64,000 nt of DNA, taken from positions 17,298,001 through 17,362,000 of the forward strand of contig OY740809.1 of the NCBI GenBank assembly GCA_963514005.1, in the 5' to 3' direction. Shown here one piece after another: positions 1-13,185 of this stretch. The notes under the pieces were generated by a model. It was given only the letters and a program-made list of their open reading frames with translations, had not been told where the DNA came from and did not search any database. The DNA comes from Raja brachyura (taxonomy: Eukaryota). The position numbers and the translations under genes were made by a program. Numbering within the stretch: position 1 is the stretch's first letter; every line of letters begins with the position of its first letter.

Positions 1-475
1 CCATGAATTAGGCCATTCAGGTCTACTTCGCCGTTTAATCATGACTGATCTTGGGGATCATGACAGAAGCCTCCTCGTGGAAATCCCTGGAAGCGACTCT
101 GTGACTCGTCGAGCGACAATTCTGTCAACATGTTGGATGACGACAGAAGCCAACAGCGAGTTACATCGTCGGATACACGAGCGAACGCGATGACTGATCT
201 AACCTCCTCAACCCCATTCTCTTGCCTTCTCCTCATAATGCCGGACACCCTTACTAATCAAGAATATCTGCCTTATCAAGTCAATCTCTGCATTAAAAAA
301 ATATCCATTGACTTGGCCTCCACAGTCATCTGTGGCAATGAAATCCACAGATTCACCACCCTCCAAACAAATTAATCCTCATCTGCTTTGTAAAGAAACA
401 TCCTTTTATTCTGAGACAATGCCCTTTGGTCCTAGACTCTCCCACTACTGGACACATCCTCTCCGCATCTACTTG
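1..475 (-). mobile_element. CR1-clade LINE 3' fragment, interrupted by a 138-bp insert
   Basis: Reverse complement of the CR1 3' end seen at 480-1050 and 15513-16138. Confidence 0.8.
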
Positions 476-479
476 ATGG

Positions 480-1050
480 ATTTGAGTTTAAAAGCAAGGA
501 GGTCCTACTGCAATTGTACGTGGTGAGACCACACCTGCAATTTTGGTCTCCTAATTTGAGGAAGGACATTGGTATGGAGGGACTGCAGCATAGGTTCACC
601 AGGTTAATTCCCGGGATGGCGGGACTGACATATGATGAAAGAGTGGGTCGACTGAGCTTGTATTCACAGGAATTTAGAAGGATGAGAAGGGATGTTATAG
701 AAACATATAAAATTCTTAAGGGATTGGACAGGCTCGATGCAGGAAAAATGTTCCCGATGTTGGAGAAGTCACAGTTTAAGAATAAGGGGTAGGCCATTTA
801 GGACTAAGAGGAAACAAAAATTCACCCAGCAGGTTGTGAATCTGTGTAATTCTCTGCCACAGAAGACAGTGGAGGCCATTCACTGGATGTTCTCAAGAGA
901 GAGTTAGATTTTGCTCTTTGGGCTAAAGGAATCAAGGGATATTGGGGAAAAAGGAACAGGGTACTGATTTTAGCCATGATCATATTAAATGGTGGTGCTG
1001 GCTCATGGGGCCGAATGGCCTACCCCTGCACATATTGTTCTATGTCTCTA
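480..1050 (+). mobile_element. CR1-clade LINE 3' fragment
   Basis: VRPHLQFWSP...QHRFTRLIPGM...RRMRRD.IETYKIL, the CR1 ORF2 C-terminus, followed by the 3' UTR. Confidence 0.9.
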
Positions 1051-1964
1051 CTCTATCCAGGCCTTTCACTATTCACTAAATTAGGTTGCACTATTGAGTC
1101 TTGGGGGCATATTGATTCCAATTGAGCGATATGGACTTGCAATCAAAATTGTACACATCAGATTCCCACAGATATCAAAGTCATTAGAATAAAATGCGAA
1201 GGAAGTAACTGCAAATGCTGGTCTGCACCAAAGATAGATACAAAATGATGAATGAAACAATATGCTGGAGTAACTCAGTGGGTCAGGCAGAATCTCTGCA
1301 GAAAAGGAATATGAGACTCTGAAGAAGTTGTCTCAGCCCGAAATATCATCTATCAATTTCTGCAGAGATGCTGCCTGATCTGCTGATAGGCTGTGGGCCG
1401 AGCATCGAAAATGTGTCCAGGATTTAACCTTTGTGATCCATGTCTCGGAACTACATGAAATTTTGCACAGATTTAGATAAAATATAATCGAGAAGGAAAT
1501 CATAATTAGTCAGTGCCAATAGTTGCACATTAATCAATTAATTTAATAAAAGTAAGCACCATCTAGTGTCCCATGCCCATTTTACACCCTAATTCCGTGC
1601 TGCGGTCTATTTAAACCATATTATTATACCATATATTATTTATATTACTAAAGTCTGATCTTGACCATTTCATGTTGTTTGTGTATTGATTTTAGAAAAA
1701 ACGCTGCCACTTACGGCTGTAATTTTTGGCCATCTTACTCAGAGTCCCCATCCACTGCGCAGGACATGAGGATTTTTCCCATCGATGAAAAATAAAACAG
1801 TAATTCTTGTTTAAAAAATGTTGAGATTCGCTCTCCTGAGGGTCAGTCTCTGCAAGATGGGGGAGTGAGAGGGTCTCTCAGTCTGAGCTGGAATAACACT
1901 GAACACATGTCTACTAAATTGTGAGTGGTTTTACTGACCTATCAGAGCCCTTAATGTGGATTGA

Positions 1965-2170
1965 AAATATCGTTTGGAAATGCTAAAGCTGTGTTGCCTT
2001 TGGTTTGGAAATGCTAAAGCTGTGTTGCCTTTGGTTTGGAAATGCTAAAGCTGTGTTGCCTTTGATTTGGTAATGCTAAAGCTGTGTTGTCTTTGGATTG
2101 GAAATGCTGAAGCTGTGTTGCCTTTGGTTTGGAATGCTAAAGCTGCATTTCCAAACCAAAGTTGCCTTGC
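1965..2170 (+). repeat. 31-bp minisatellite (about 6 copies)
   Basis: Tandem unit ttggaaatgctaaagctgtgttgcctttggt with no spacers. Confidence 0.9.
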
Positions 2171-3151
2171 CTAATTAAAGTTGCCTTCCCTAATTAAAGT
2201 TGTCTTGCCTCCTATATAATTAAATGTCTGATCTTCACCACTTTCAGTTTGCGATTTATACTGTTTTATTTTTAAACACTACCATGGACGGCTGTGATAT
2301 TTGGCCATCTTACTCAGTCCCCCTCAGCTCATCGGGTGCTGAGGATTATTCCCCTCGATGAAAAATAAGTTATTAGTGTGTAAAAAATGTTGAGATGCAC
2401 GCCCCCTGGGCCACCTTCAGCACCCCCATAGCGCCTGCTCCGTCAGGCAGCCCGCTCGCTTGCTGCAACACCGGCCTACCGACAGCCTGACCAACCACTC
2501 TCAGGCCCGACTGACCACTCTGAGCACCCACCAGCGGCCCAGCCCGACCAAACACTCTCAGCACCCACCGGTGGCCCGACTAACATACTAATTACTAAAC
2601 TAATAAACTATTACTAAAACTCTTATCTTGACCACTTCTGGTCTGCGTTGTATTTAAATTTGCGCAAAAACGCTTTCCTATATCGCTAGGGTTTTTCTGC
2701 CACCTTACTCACCCCGTCCTCCTCTGCTCCAAACCATTACGTTTTGTTCCGATCGGTGAAATATTAGAAAAGTTATTAAGGTTTACAAAATCGTGAGATC
2801 AGCAGATTGGTCTTCTCGCCTGTCATTCACCATAAAGGTAACGCGAAGATAATAGAGCTCTGGAGACCAGGCGCGAGTCAGTCAGCCCGGAAGCCGTGAG
2901 TGAGAGTTGTCCAGAACTGTGAGCCCACCAGCCATAAGTGATTGAACTGTGAGCCCACTAGCCGTGAGTGTCTGAACTGTGAGTCTACCAGCCGTGCTTA
3001 GTCCGGAAGTCGTGCTCAGTCCAGAGATGGCGCTCAGTCCATAGGTCGTGCTCAGACTGGAAATTGGGCCTGAGTCCAGAAGTCGAGCATGAGTCCAAGG
3101 CCGCGCTCAGTCCAGAAGTCGGGCATGAGTATAGTTAAGAGAATTTTACTG

Positions 3152-3308
3152 NNNNNNNNNNNNNNNNNNNNNNNNNNNNNNNNNNNNNNNNNNNNNNNNN
3201 NNNNNNNNNNNNNNNNNNNNNNNNNNNNNNNNNNNNNNNNNNNNNNNNNNNNNNNNNNNNNNNNNNNNNNNNNNNNNNNNNNNNNNNNNNNNNNNNNNNN
3301 NNNNNNNN
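3152..3308. other. Assembly gap (N run)
   Basis: 157 N bases. Confidence 1.
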
Positions 3309-4600
3309 GTGCCGTCAGGGTATGCAAGGTAGGAACTGCCCACCCTGACTAAAATTATGAAATGGTAATTATTAAATCTAAATAGTAAAGGCATGGGAGA
3401 ATTACGCCTACCTAAGAGATCAATCTCTTAGGTAGGCATAATTCTCCCGTGCGTTTCACCTGCAATGCTTGGAACACGCGAAAGTCTGTGCAGCCCACGT
3501 CCGTCGACGCTGTTTGAAGCCGTCAATTTCAAGGAGAGCTGAACGCAGCTGAAATTCTGCCTTTGCAGCGTGGACTGCGTACTGCACATGCGCAGCAGCC
3601 TACTGCACATGTGCAGCGCAAGTTTCCTGGCGGGTTTTTCAAACATGGATTGTCCTTATCTTAACAGTATCTTAAAAGAGAGAAGAACGGGGTTCGGGTA
3701 CAAATAATAAGATAAGTAATTTTATTTGAGCTATATGTTTTTAAATACCGTATTTCCCGGCAATGAAGACGCTATTTTAAGAACGATATTGCTGTACTGA
3801 GGAATAGCCATGTCTATCCCTCATTGCTGGCAGCTGATGGGAAGCGGCTGTAAAAGGACAGCACCGCAGAGGGGGAGGGGAGAGTTCCTTTTACAACGTG
3901 TGGGGAGTCTGGCCCGTGGTAAACTTGCAGCGAGGTCAGGAGTGGTGAGAAGGAGCGGGTCGGGGATCATGCCAGCAACTCACTTGCCGCGACCTCCGGG
4001 CGCGGAGCCACCGCATTGTGACCGCGGAGGGAAGCAGGTCAGGTGGCTGCGAAGGGCCGCCGGGACCGGGCAGCGGAACCATCCGTCACCTCAGCACCTT
4101 CTGCCAGCCGGCTCACCTCTGGCAGTGCTCTCCAGCTGAAAACCTCTCTTCTGCCACTCGCCGGCCTCACTCATGTCAGCCGCTTCCTGCAAATCCATAA
4201 ATTCCGACAACGCGATCAAGGGACCAATTGAGGTTACTCAGCTGTCGGAATGTAAGGATTTGCGGGAAGCGGCTGACATGAGTGAGGCCGGCGAGCGGCA
4301 GGAGAGAGGTTTTCAGCCGAAGAGCACTGTCAGAGGTGAGTGGGCCAGCAGGCGCTGAGGCCCTGATGGCCAGTTCCGTTTTCCGGTTCCGGCAGCCACT
4401 CACAGCCACCCGAGCTGCTTCCCTCCCCGGCCACAATGCGGTGGCACCATGCCTGGAGCGCCGCAGCAGCGGCGAGTGAGTGAGTTACTAGCATGAACCC
4501 CGACCCCCTCCTTCTCAATGCTCCTGCCCTCCCCCCAAATTTACTCCTGGCCAGACTCACCACACGCTGTGAAAGGAACTCTCACAGCGTGTGGTGAGTC
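3309..4600 (+). mobile_element. Partial copy of the palindromic non-autonomous hAT family seen at 44954-47004
   Basis: Starts gtgccgtcagggtatgcaaggtagg like the left end at 44954; internal inverted repeat about 3880-4590. Confidence 0.8.
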
Positions 4601-5894
4601 TTGGGGGGGGGGGGGGTTGAGGGGGGGGATGGAGTGAGTGCATGGGGGGGATGGGTAAGGGGAGGAGTGGGGGAGGTGAGGGTAGGAGGGGGGATCAGGG
4701 GCATCACAAGGGGAACCCCTCAGCCACGCCTGCATAGTTGGGGGCTAAGCGTGAGTGGTGGAATATTGGAATTGGTGGAGAGGTGAAATATTGCATTGGG
4801 GGACCAGGCCTCCCGTGTGAGAATGGAACCCAATGGGTCCCACTTAGTCTAGTTACCTTTATTACCTGGAAACCTTGTTATTGTTTTGATGTAATTAGGA
4901 GGCAGCCATGATCCCAGGGTCCTCACTGCCTAGTGACCATGAAACAAAGCATTGGTCAATTTGTGTCCGACCTCAATGTCAAACGTACATTTATTGGACA
5001 ATTACTACTCGGAAAATTTGAGGTTTTTCTCTTTTTTTTTAAATGTGCAGGTTTTGGTCTTGATGAGTTTCAGCTATGATTTATATAATATTTTTACACA
5101 ATATGTTAAAAATTCAGGTAGTTCCGTGAGTTGGGTCACGAACTTGAACGAAAAAGCTCCTCGGCCCACAGCCTATGAGTTACTCAGCATTTTGTGCCTA
5201 TCTCAATTAGAATATTATGTCTTTGCAATATTAATGCACAACAAAACCAAAGAAACCAAGAATAAATTAATGCAGATGTTGGGTATCTGAAATAAAACCT
5301 TAGCATCTGCATCTGTAGAAAAACAAAACCTTAGCTCAGCATCTGTAGAGATAGAAGCAGTCAACATTTCAGAGTTCACATCTGGAACTATAATCTGAGC
5401 ATTTCCTCCAGTATTATTTTTCTTTCATTTCTCATTTTAAAGAAGAAATAAAAAGACTAAGCACACAATAAAGGGAATTAATAAATGTTACTATCATTCC
5501 CTCCATTCTCTGTGCTGCCCACCAGAAACACCACATGCTCCCTCTGTAGTCACCCGAAAACAGAAAATACTATATAAAACAAAAGTTTCTATATTTATAA
5601 CTGGTTTTAAAATCATGTTTTTCTGTTTCTCCACGCATGGTCATGTATATTTTTAACACATGGCAAAAAAGTAGAATCCTGATAATTAAGAGTGAAGTAC
5701 AACATGGAAGAAATGATATGAATAGAGCCAAAATAAAACGTGGTATATAAAGATAATCTAATGTTTATCCATTAATGAACCATTGAACTAAATGGTAAAT
5801 GCATACATGGTTAATATGAATTCCAAAGAATTCCAGAGAAAAAAAATGTACACAGTTTTATCTCACAAATGATAAATGAAACTGTTTTACATAC

Positions 5895-6049
5895 TGATTC
5901 AACCGAGTTTATCCACAAAGCATATCTTAGTTAGCAGAAGTTTGTTTGGATAACCTTCATACAGCAGTCTGTTGAAGTACAGGGGTGAAATTGCAAGGCA
6001 CATTAACAGCGTTTTTGTTAAAGTATTTAACTTCTTCAATGGCAGGCAA
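5895..6049 (-). pseudogene. Possible CATSPERE-like pseudo-exon
   Basis: Flanked by tag| and |gtatgt; NTLTKTLLMCL ~ GYCTKTLTLTF; in-frame stop. Confidence 0.35.
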
Positions 6050-6397
6050 CTAGTTTAAAAATGTCTGCGCACATGTACACTTTGAAAAGACACCCAGGAG
6101 GGCTCAACCAATAAGGCAATATTGGTAGAGCTCAGGAATAAAAAAAGGTGCGATTACCACAATGGGTTTATTCCCTAGTCCAGCGTTTCTCAACCTTTTC
6201 ACCCTTGCGGAACGCTTGAAATAATTTTCATGTCTCAAGGAACCCCTCGCGTCACATGGTGATCTCTGGCATCACAAAGGGGACCCGTCGGTCGCGCCTG
6301 CGCAGTTGGGGTTGGATTGCCGGTCCAGGATTGCTATTTTAACATCCAGCATCATGTATAGGTGAGTGCACTGGGGGAATATTGCGTTGGTCTAGTT

Positions 6398-7684
6398 CAG
6401 GGGTGTCCAACTCATTATAGGTCATGAGCCGGATTGGGCAAAATGCGAATTAATGCGGGCTGGATCAGTTGTGCACGCGCGAATGCACGCTCCCACAGCT
6501 TTCGTTGCTTTTGTTTTTTTAAACGTGCTCTCGTGTGTCTCAATCTCTGCTATCACTACAACGTTTTTCACTTTACAAATTTTGTTTCTTCTGGAAAAAG
6601 ATTGCCTAGCAAGCATTACTTTTATGAATTGTTTTTTAAATTGTATTTATTTATTTATTTATTTTTAGTATCTTTATTTATTAGCGGTACTGTAAGTTAC
6701 ATCAGTGTACATCCCTTGTATTGTATTACAGTCATTATACACCTTAATTATTATTTTTTTTAATTTTAAGGCTTTAGAAAAGAGAGAATAGAGAGAAAAA
6801 TAGCAGCATAGAAAGTAGAAAAGTGAAAAGGAGATGTGAAAGTGCCAAAGCATGACAGAGGGAAAGGAAACCCTTGAAGAGTTAGAAATGGGAATTAAGA
6901 GATAGACCCTGGAGAGGAAAAAAAAAGAAAGAGGGAAAAATAGAAAAAGAAAAAAGAAAAGCCAGTTACTTTATTATAAACATCTCGCAAAAGAAATCTA
7001 CCAACTCGACAATTTTTCTTACCCCTTTACCAAGACCCGTCACCGGTACTTTTTTGAAGTATTCTTGCACCTTATCCTGGTAATAGATTTATAAATGCAG
7101 ACCACGTCTTATAGAAACAGTCTGATTTTCCTGCTAGTCGGAGTCTCATATCTTCCAAGTGTAGTGTTTCGAACATAGATGAAATCTACATATTGACTGT
7201 GGGTACCGGATAATTTTTCCAGAATTTTTTAAGATTAGCTTTTTTCCAGTTATTAAGCCATATTCAAATAGAGTCTTTTGAAACACGTTTAATTCAGGGC
7301 AGTCTTCCGATATCCCGAAGATTATCCAGGCTGCTTCTGGGGTCAGTTTTATTTCAAATATTTTTGCGAAAATTTCAAAAATTTCAGTCCAAAATTTTTG
7401 AATTTTTGTACAAAAGACAAATGAGTGTGGTATATTAGCTTCTTGACAGTGACATTTATCACATATAGGAGAGACATTGGGAAAAAGTTTACTTATTTTA
7501 GTTTTTGAATAGTATAATCAGTGTAAGATTTTAAATTGTATTAAGGTGTGTCTTATATTGATTGAACATTTATGCGCGTTTAATAAATATTCTTCCCACC
7601 TTTCTTTGGGAATTTTTATACTTAATTCTTTTTCCCAGTCTCTCCTGATACCACCTGTTGTTGGTATTTCTGCATTTAGAATAC

Positions 7685-7737
<53 letters not shown>

Positions 7738-9242
7738 ATTAGGTTTGCTGATTCTGCCTTTGTATTCATTACGTCTTCCAGTAAGTCTGGAGGCATATTG
7801 TGATAATCTTGTGCGTATTTTTTCAAATAGTCACAGATTTGGAAATATTTAAAATACTGATTGTTTCTCAAATTGGATTTTAGTTGTATTTGTTTAAATG
7901 ATAATAGTTTTCCCGATTCATACACATCTCTGAAGATTTTAATTCCAGTTCTTTCCCATCGTGTAAATGCTTTATCTATAGTTGAAGGTTTAAATGAGGG
8001 GTTTTTACTGATAGGAGATAAGAGAGATAAATTTCTTAATTTTAGATTGTGTTTTATTTGTTTCCAAATTCTGATTGTACTGTATATAATTGGATTATTG
8101 TTGTAATTTATATTATTCATCGATATTGAAGAGAGAAGGATTACTCCAATATTATAAGGAGAGCAATCCTCTCTCTCCATAATTGTCCAATCTGGTTGTA
8201 GGGGAGAGTTATCCAGCAATTGGATCATGTTTCTGATATATACAGACCAGTAGTAATACATAAAGTTGGGGAGTGCTAATCCCCCTACTATTTTGGGTTT
8301 ATTCCAAGTGTAGGCCACAAGAAAGTTGTGATGAAAGAGAGAAAAAAACAATGCTATTTTGGCTAAGGTTGTTTTGGGAGCCCCACCCTTTCCATTAATA
8401 AACCATTTGAAATCGAACTTTAGCAGACACAAATGTAGGTCTAACAAAACAAATTATGGTTTTGTTAGGTCTACTTCTCTGCCACCATTTTAGCGCTGGC
8501 ATCCAAGAGAGATTCCGGGTTGTGGCCTCTCCTGGTCAGTGCGGGTTTCTGGAACGGTCGGGAGACTGCGTAGGGCCTAGAACAGATGCTTTGCGGTCGG
8601 CTGAGCTCACTCCTCTGCCATACTACGCCACGCAGTGTAAAGAGAAAAGTATCCACAGCGCAGCCCGCACCGATACAATGTTGTTTTTTTATCCTCACAG
8701 CATTCGAACCCAGGGCCCAGCCGCTCCGCACCGCGCAACCTAACCCCACTCAGTGCTCACCCCCTCCCTCCTCATTGGCCGACTACCCAGAGGGTGGTCC
8801 CTTCTCCTATTGGGCCAGCCTGGTATCAGTCATGAGCCATTTAAAAATAAATTTAAAAAAAACTTTTTAAAAAAGACAATTTAAAAAAAACATTAAAAAA
8901 AAAGAAAATTAACAGAATTATAATTTATTGACATATTAATCATTAACAAAAAAATAGCAGAATTATGAATAATGGGTCTAACACTATGTCACACGCACAA
9001 ACTGTTCCCCCACAACACTGATTACACTGCGAGAGGGATTTACAAAGTTGGGTCGGGTTTACTGAAATGGCCGACGAAAAGGCTGATGTTCCGCTCCATA
9101 ACGTACTACACGTCTGCTCATTGGTTTTAGCAGGAGTGCTTGCTACAGGATCCTTGCCGGGGACAGCTACAGCCCGCTCTGGCATTGGGGAAATCCCGTG
9201 GGCCAGATTGGACCCCTTCGCGGGCCGGATTTGTCACCCCTG
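6398..9242. mobile_element. hAT non-autonomous element, inner element
   Basis: TIR caggggtgtccaa...ttgtcacccctg; perfect 8-bp TSD gtctagtt (6390-6397, 9243-9250). Confidence 0.9.
6625..8305 (-). mobile_element. L1-clade LINE ORF2 3' fragment with 3' UTR
   Basis: GGLALPNF..YYW...IQFKILH*LYYS...CDKC...HSFVFC.KI..FW (L1 CCHC region); in-frame (AT)n expansion at about 7688-7733. Confidence 0.9.
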
Positions 9243-10880
9243 GTCTAGTTTATCGCTATTTCTCGCAAAACCCCGAGCGACCTCTCGTGGAACCCAAGTG
9301 TTCCGGGGAACCCCGGTTGAGAAACACTGCTCTAGGCCTTCCAATAACAAACAGGAGTCAGAGGAGCAGATATGTAGAGAGATTATGGAAAGATATAAAA
9401 GCAACTTAGTGTTGTAATTTCCCACATACTCACTGGGACTCACGTTGTCACAGCCTGAAATGGGGCAGATTTTGCTGGGTACTTCCAGGAGGGTTGCTTG
9501 AAACAGTGCGCAGATGGTCGAGTGAGGGAATGAACTACACTGGACCTTGTATTGGGAAACAAATTTGGTCAGGTGATCAGAGTTTCAGTGGGAAACCATT
9601 TTAGGAACGTGAACGTAAGTGTTCCGATAGTTACTGACATGGATAGGACTGAGTCTCTGGTGAAAGTGTTAAATTGAGGAAAAGATAATTACAATGGTAA
9701 TTAGGCTGGAGCTGAGGAGAGTAGATTGGGAGCAACTATTACTGTCTGTAACTGGAGTCATTTTCAGGCTAGCTGATTAGAATGCAGGACCAACATGTTC
9801 CTACGAAAATGGTATGGTTCAGAAACCATGGATGATTGTTGTTGTTGCAAATTTAGTCAAAAAAAGAAAGCATATGTAAAGTTAGCTGAAATCAAGCAGA
9901 GCTCTTGAGAATATAAAAGTAACAGGAAATAACTCAAACTGTGAATCATGAGGCCTAAAGGGCCATGAAATAAGAAGGCATAAGTAAATCCCGTGGCATT
10001 TTATCCATACATTTTTATCAATGACAGAGGTAGAAAACAGGATGTGGTTCTGCAGAGTGAATATAGAGAGTTAGCAAATAAGTTAAAATAGATCTCAAGG
10101 GTAGTAATCATTGAATTACTCTCAGTGCCATGAACTTGTGAAATAACCCAGATGAATGTCTGGCTGAGGAACTGGTGCAGGGGCAGAGATTCTCATTCTT
10201 GGATCATTGGCATCTCTTCAGGGGCAGAAGTAGCCTGTACAAGAGGGAAGTCAAGGGACCAATATCCAAGAAGGGAGATTTGCTCCTGCCATGCAGGAAG
10301 GTTTAGACTAGATTGACGGGGATGGTACAAGAGCAGAAAATAGGGAGACAAGAAGTTGATGGAAATCACTGCAGTCAAAGAGAGCAAGATTGGTGGGCAG
10401 AACACCCATGAACATGGTAAAGAGAGAGGGAGGGTTAGTGGTTTAAGCTGAATTCATTTCAATCCAAGAGGCATAAGGTCCTATAAGGAATGAGTAGATT
10501 TAGGCCATTTGGCCCATCAAATCTACTCCACCATTCAATCATGGCTGATCTATCTCACCCTCCTAACCCCATTTTCCTGCCTCCTCCCCATAACATCTGA
10601 CGCCTCTCTTTGACTGCAGCATATTAGGAAAGGTGGATGGTCTCAGGGTGTGAATTGGCTCAAGGGACTGGGATATGATAGCCATCACAGAAACATGGCT
10701 AAGAATAGAGTAGGACTCACAGCTCAATGCTCCCTGGCATAGATATACAGGCATGTTAGGGGAGCAGGCAAAAGATGAGGGAGGGATGACATTTTGCTGC
10801 AGGAGGACCTAATAGTAGTGCTTAGAGAGGACATTCTTGGGGGATCATCCAGTGAGGCCATATTGGTAGAATTCAGAAAC

Positions 10881-11147
10881 TGTGATGTTTGGTGGACTGT
10901 GTGGGGTGGGAGGACCCGTTGCTCCTCCCTTGCAGCAGGTAACGCTGCACAGGATAAAGGGAGATGTTTGTATATCGTTTATCCTGTCTGTGAACAGTGT
11001 GAGTGTGCAGTCAGATTCTGTGTGTGCAGCCATTTTTGAGTTGTCTTGCTGCCAGCCATGAGTAATATAATAAAGACTTCTGTTTTACCTTGAAGACTCT
11101 CAAGTTTTTGTGCAGACCTAGAAAATGAACACGAAAGAAACAAAACA
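10881..11147 (+). mobile_element. Possible solo LTR inserted in CR1
   Basis: TG...CA termini and an internal AATAAA; interrupts the CR1 APE region. No clear TSD. Confidence 0.45.
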
Positions 11148-12594
11148 TCATCTGAGTGATACTGTTTGGAGGTAAAGGGAAATCTGGCAAGTGGGAGGCT
11201 TTTAATTATGCAATAGAAAGAGTTCAGGGACAACGTGTTCCTGGTAGGGTGAAGGATAAGGCTGGAAGGTGCAGGTAACGGGAGTCTCTTGATGAATAGA
11301 ATCCTCAGGAGAGAATGAAGGAGGACAATAAAAAAGGATTTGGCAGGCAAGGTGAAGGGAAAATCTAAAGAGATTCTATAGATATATTTTGAATAAAATG
11401 GGTGGCTAGGTAGAGAATCAGTCCCCTTAAAGATTTTCATGGCCCTCTATGAATAGAGCCTCAGAAGATGGGTGAGATATTTAAAATATATCTCTCATCA
11501 GGTTTTACTGTGGAGAAGATCATGGAAGCAAAGAAAATGCAGAGACCCTTGGATAGATATTTGCTTAAACATACAGAAGACTGGAGGGTGGCTAATCTTG
11601 TACCGTCATTAAAGAAGGGCAGCAAGGAGAATGTCTGCTAACTTGATATTAATGGATGGTCAGTTACTGGAAAAGATTTTGAGGTACAAGACCAACCTGC
11701 ATTTGGGTAAACAATGACCGATTAGCAATAGTCAGCATGGATTTGTGCACAGGAAATAGCGTCCAAAAAAGCAACATTGTATTTTGTTGGCGAGGTAACC
11801 AAGGATCAATGAGGGAAGCCGATGAACCTTGTCCATATGAACTTCAGCAAGAACTTTGACAAAGTCCAACATGAAAGGCTTCTCTGGAAGTTTAGATCTC
11901 ATGGGATCTAGATTGGATACATAGCAAAGCACAAAGTGTTGGAGGAACTTGGCAGGTCGGGTAGCATCTTTGGAGGGAATGGACAGGCACCATATCGGTT
12001 CAGGATGCATCTTCAGAAGTAGTCTGTTCATTTCCCCCACAGATGCTGTCTGACAAGCAGAGTTCCTCCAGCACATTGTGTTTACTAAAGATTCCAATAT
12101 CCAGTTTCTTGTGGATCCTAATTAGATACATAATTGGGTTAATGATAGGAAGCAGAGGCCTAACGCAGGAAAGATGGGCTTTCTGGTCGCCTTGGATATG
12201 TTTGACCAAATTGCTTGGTTCTGTGCAGTACGACTAAAGGATTTGAATGAAAATATAGATGAGCTGATTCATAAGTTAGCACATTGGTACATAAATTGGT
12301 GGAAAGAAAGTGTCAACGCATACTGCAGAATATAGATTAGTTGAAAATAAGTGATGAAATAGTAGGTGAAGTTTAATCAGGACAAGTGTGAAGTGTTACA
12401 TTATGGGAAGGAAAGTGACCAGTAAATAGCAGGACCATTAGGGCCGTTGATTTAAAGAGGGATCTTGGGGGGCTCATCCATTGCTCCCTGAAAGTGGCAA
12501 GCATGTGCATAGGATGCTGAAGAAGGGGTACAACCTAATTGACTTAATTGGTCAGGGCAATAAGTGTAAAAGTCTCAAAGTAATATTGCAGCTG

Positions 12595-13185
12595 TTCTAC
12601 CACAAATTCTATACTTGTTCCAATCAATTCCACTATATCTACCCAACAAGTTTTTAAAAAAATTGGACTCAGATATAACAAATTTTATTTGGGATTATAA
12701 GACCCTTAGAATACAAAGACCACACCTGAATAAAACCAAAGTAGTAGGGGGATTAGCACTCCCTAATTTTATGTATTATTATTGGTCGGTAAATATTAGA
12801 AATATGATTCAATTGTTGGATAATTCTCTTCAGCAACCAGAATGGATCATTATGGAGAAAGAGGACTGCTCCCGCTTTAATATTGGTGCGATCCTTCTTT
12901 CACCAAAGACGGTGAATAATACAAACTACAACAAAAACGCAATTATACATAGTACAATTAGCATTTGGAAACAAATAAAATACTATTTAAAATTAAGAAC
13001 CTTATCTCTCCTATCTCCTATTGCTAAAAACCCCCTGTTTAAACCCTCAAATATAGACAAAAGCATTTTTACAATGGGAAAGAGCAGGAATTAATACTTT
13101 GGGAGATCTGTATGATATGGGAAAATTATTATCATTTAAACAATTACAACTAAAATACAATCTGGGTAACAATCAGTATCTGGGT
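12595..13185 (+). mobile_element. L1-clade ORF2 internal fragment (same family as 6625-8305)
   Basis: LFQSIP...FIW...GGLALPNFMYYYWSV.IRNMIQLLDNS. Confidence 0.9.

Larger units (their letters stand above)
1639..4852 (+). mobile_element. Non-autonomous Helitron with three stacked 5' modules
   Basis: The module tattactaaa..tgatcttgaccact starts near 1640, 2210 and 2607. The 3' end is a hairpin ggaaccc-aat-gggtcc followed by CTAG|T. Confidence 0.75.
1387..5175. mobile_element. Non-autonomous TIR DNA transposon, PIF/Harbinger-type, with nested insertions
   Basis: 16-bp TIR taggctgtgggccgag...ctcggcccacagccta; 3-bp TSD TGA (1384-1386, 5176-5178). It splits a Penelope-derived repeat. Confidence 0.8.
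6181..9329. mobile_element. hAT (Charlie-like) MITE, outer element
   Basis: TIR cagcgtttctcaacc...ggttgagaaacactg; imperfect 8-bp TSD ccctagtc/ctctaggc. Confidence 0.8.

Noticed and set aside
1965-2170. 31-bp repeats suggestive of a CRISPR array
   Set aside because: Head-to-tail units with no spacers, inside a Helitron in eukaryotic DNA.
3052-3394. ORFs spanning X runs
   Set aside because: Artefacts of the N gap.
7518-8447. 309-aa ORF as a host gene
   Set aside because: L1 ORF2 fragment read through from hAT sequence, with an (AT)n microsatellite.
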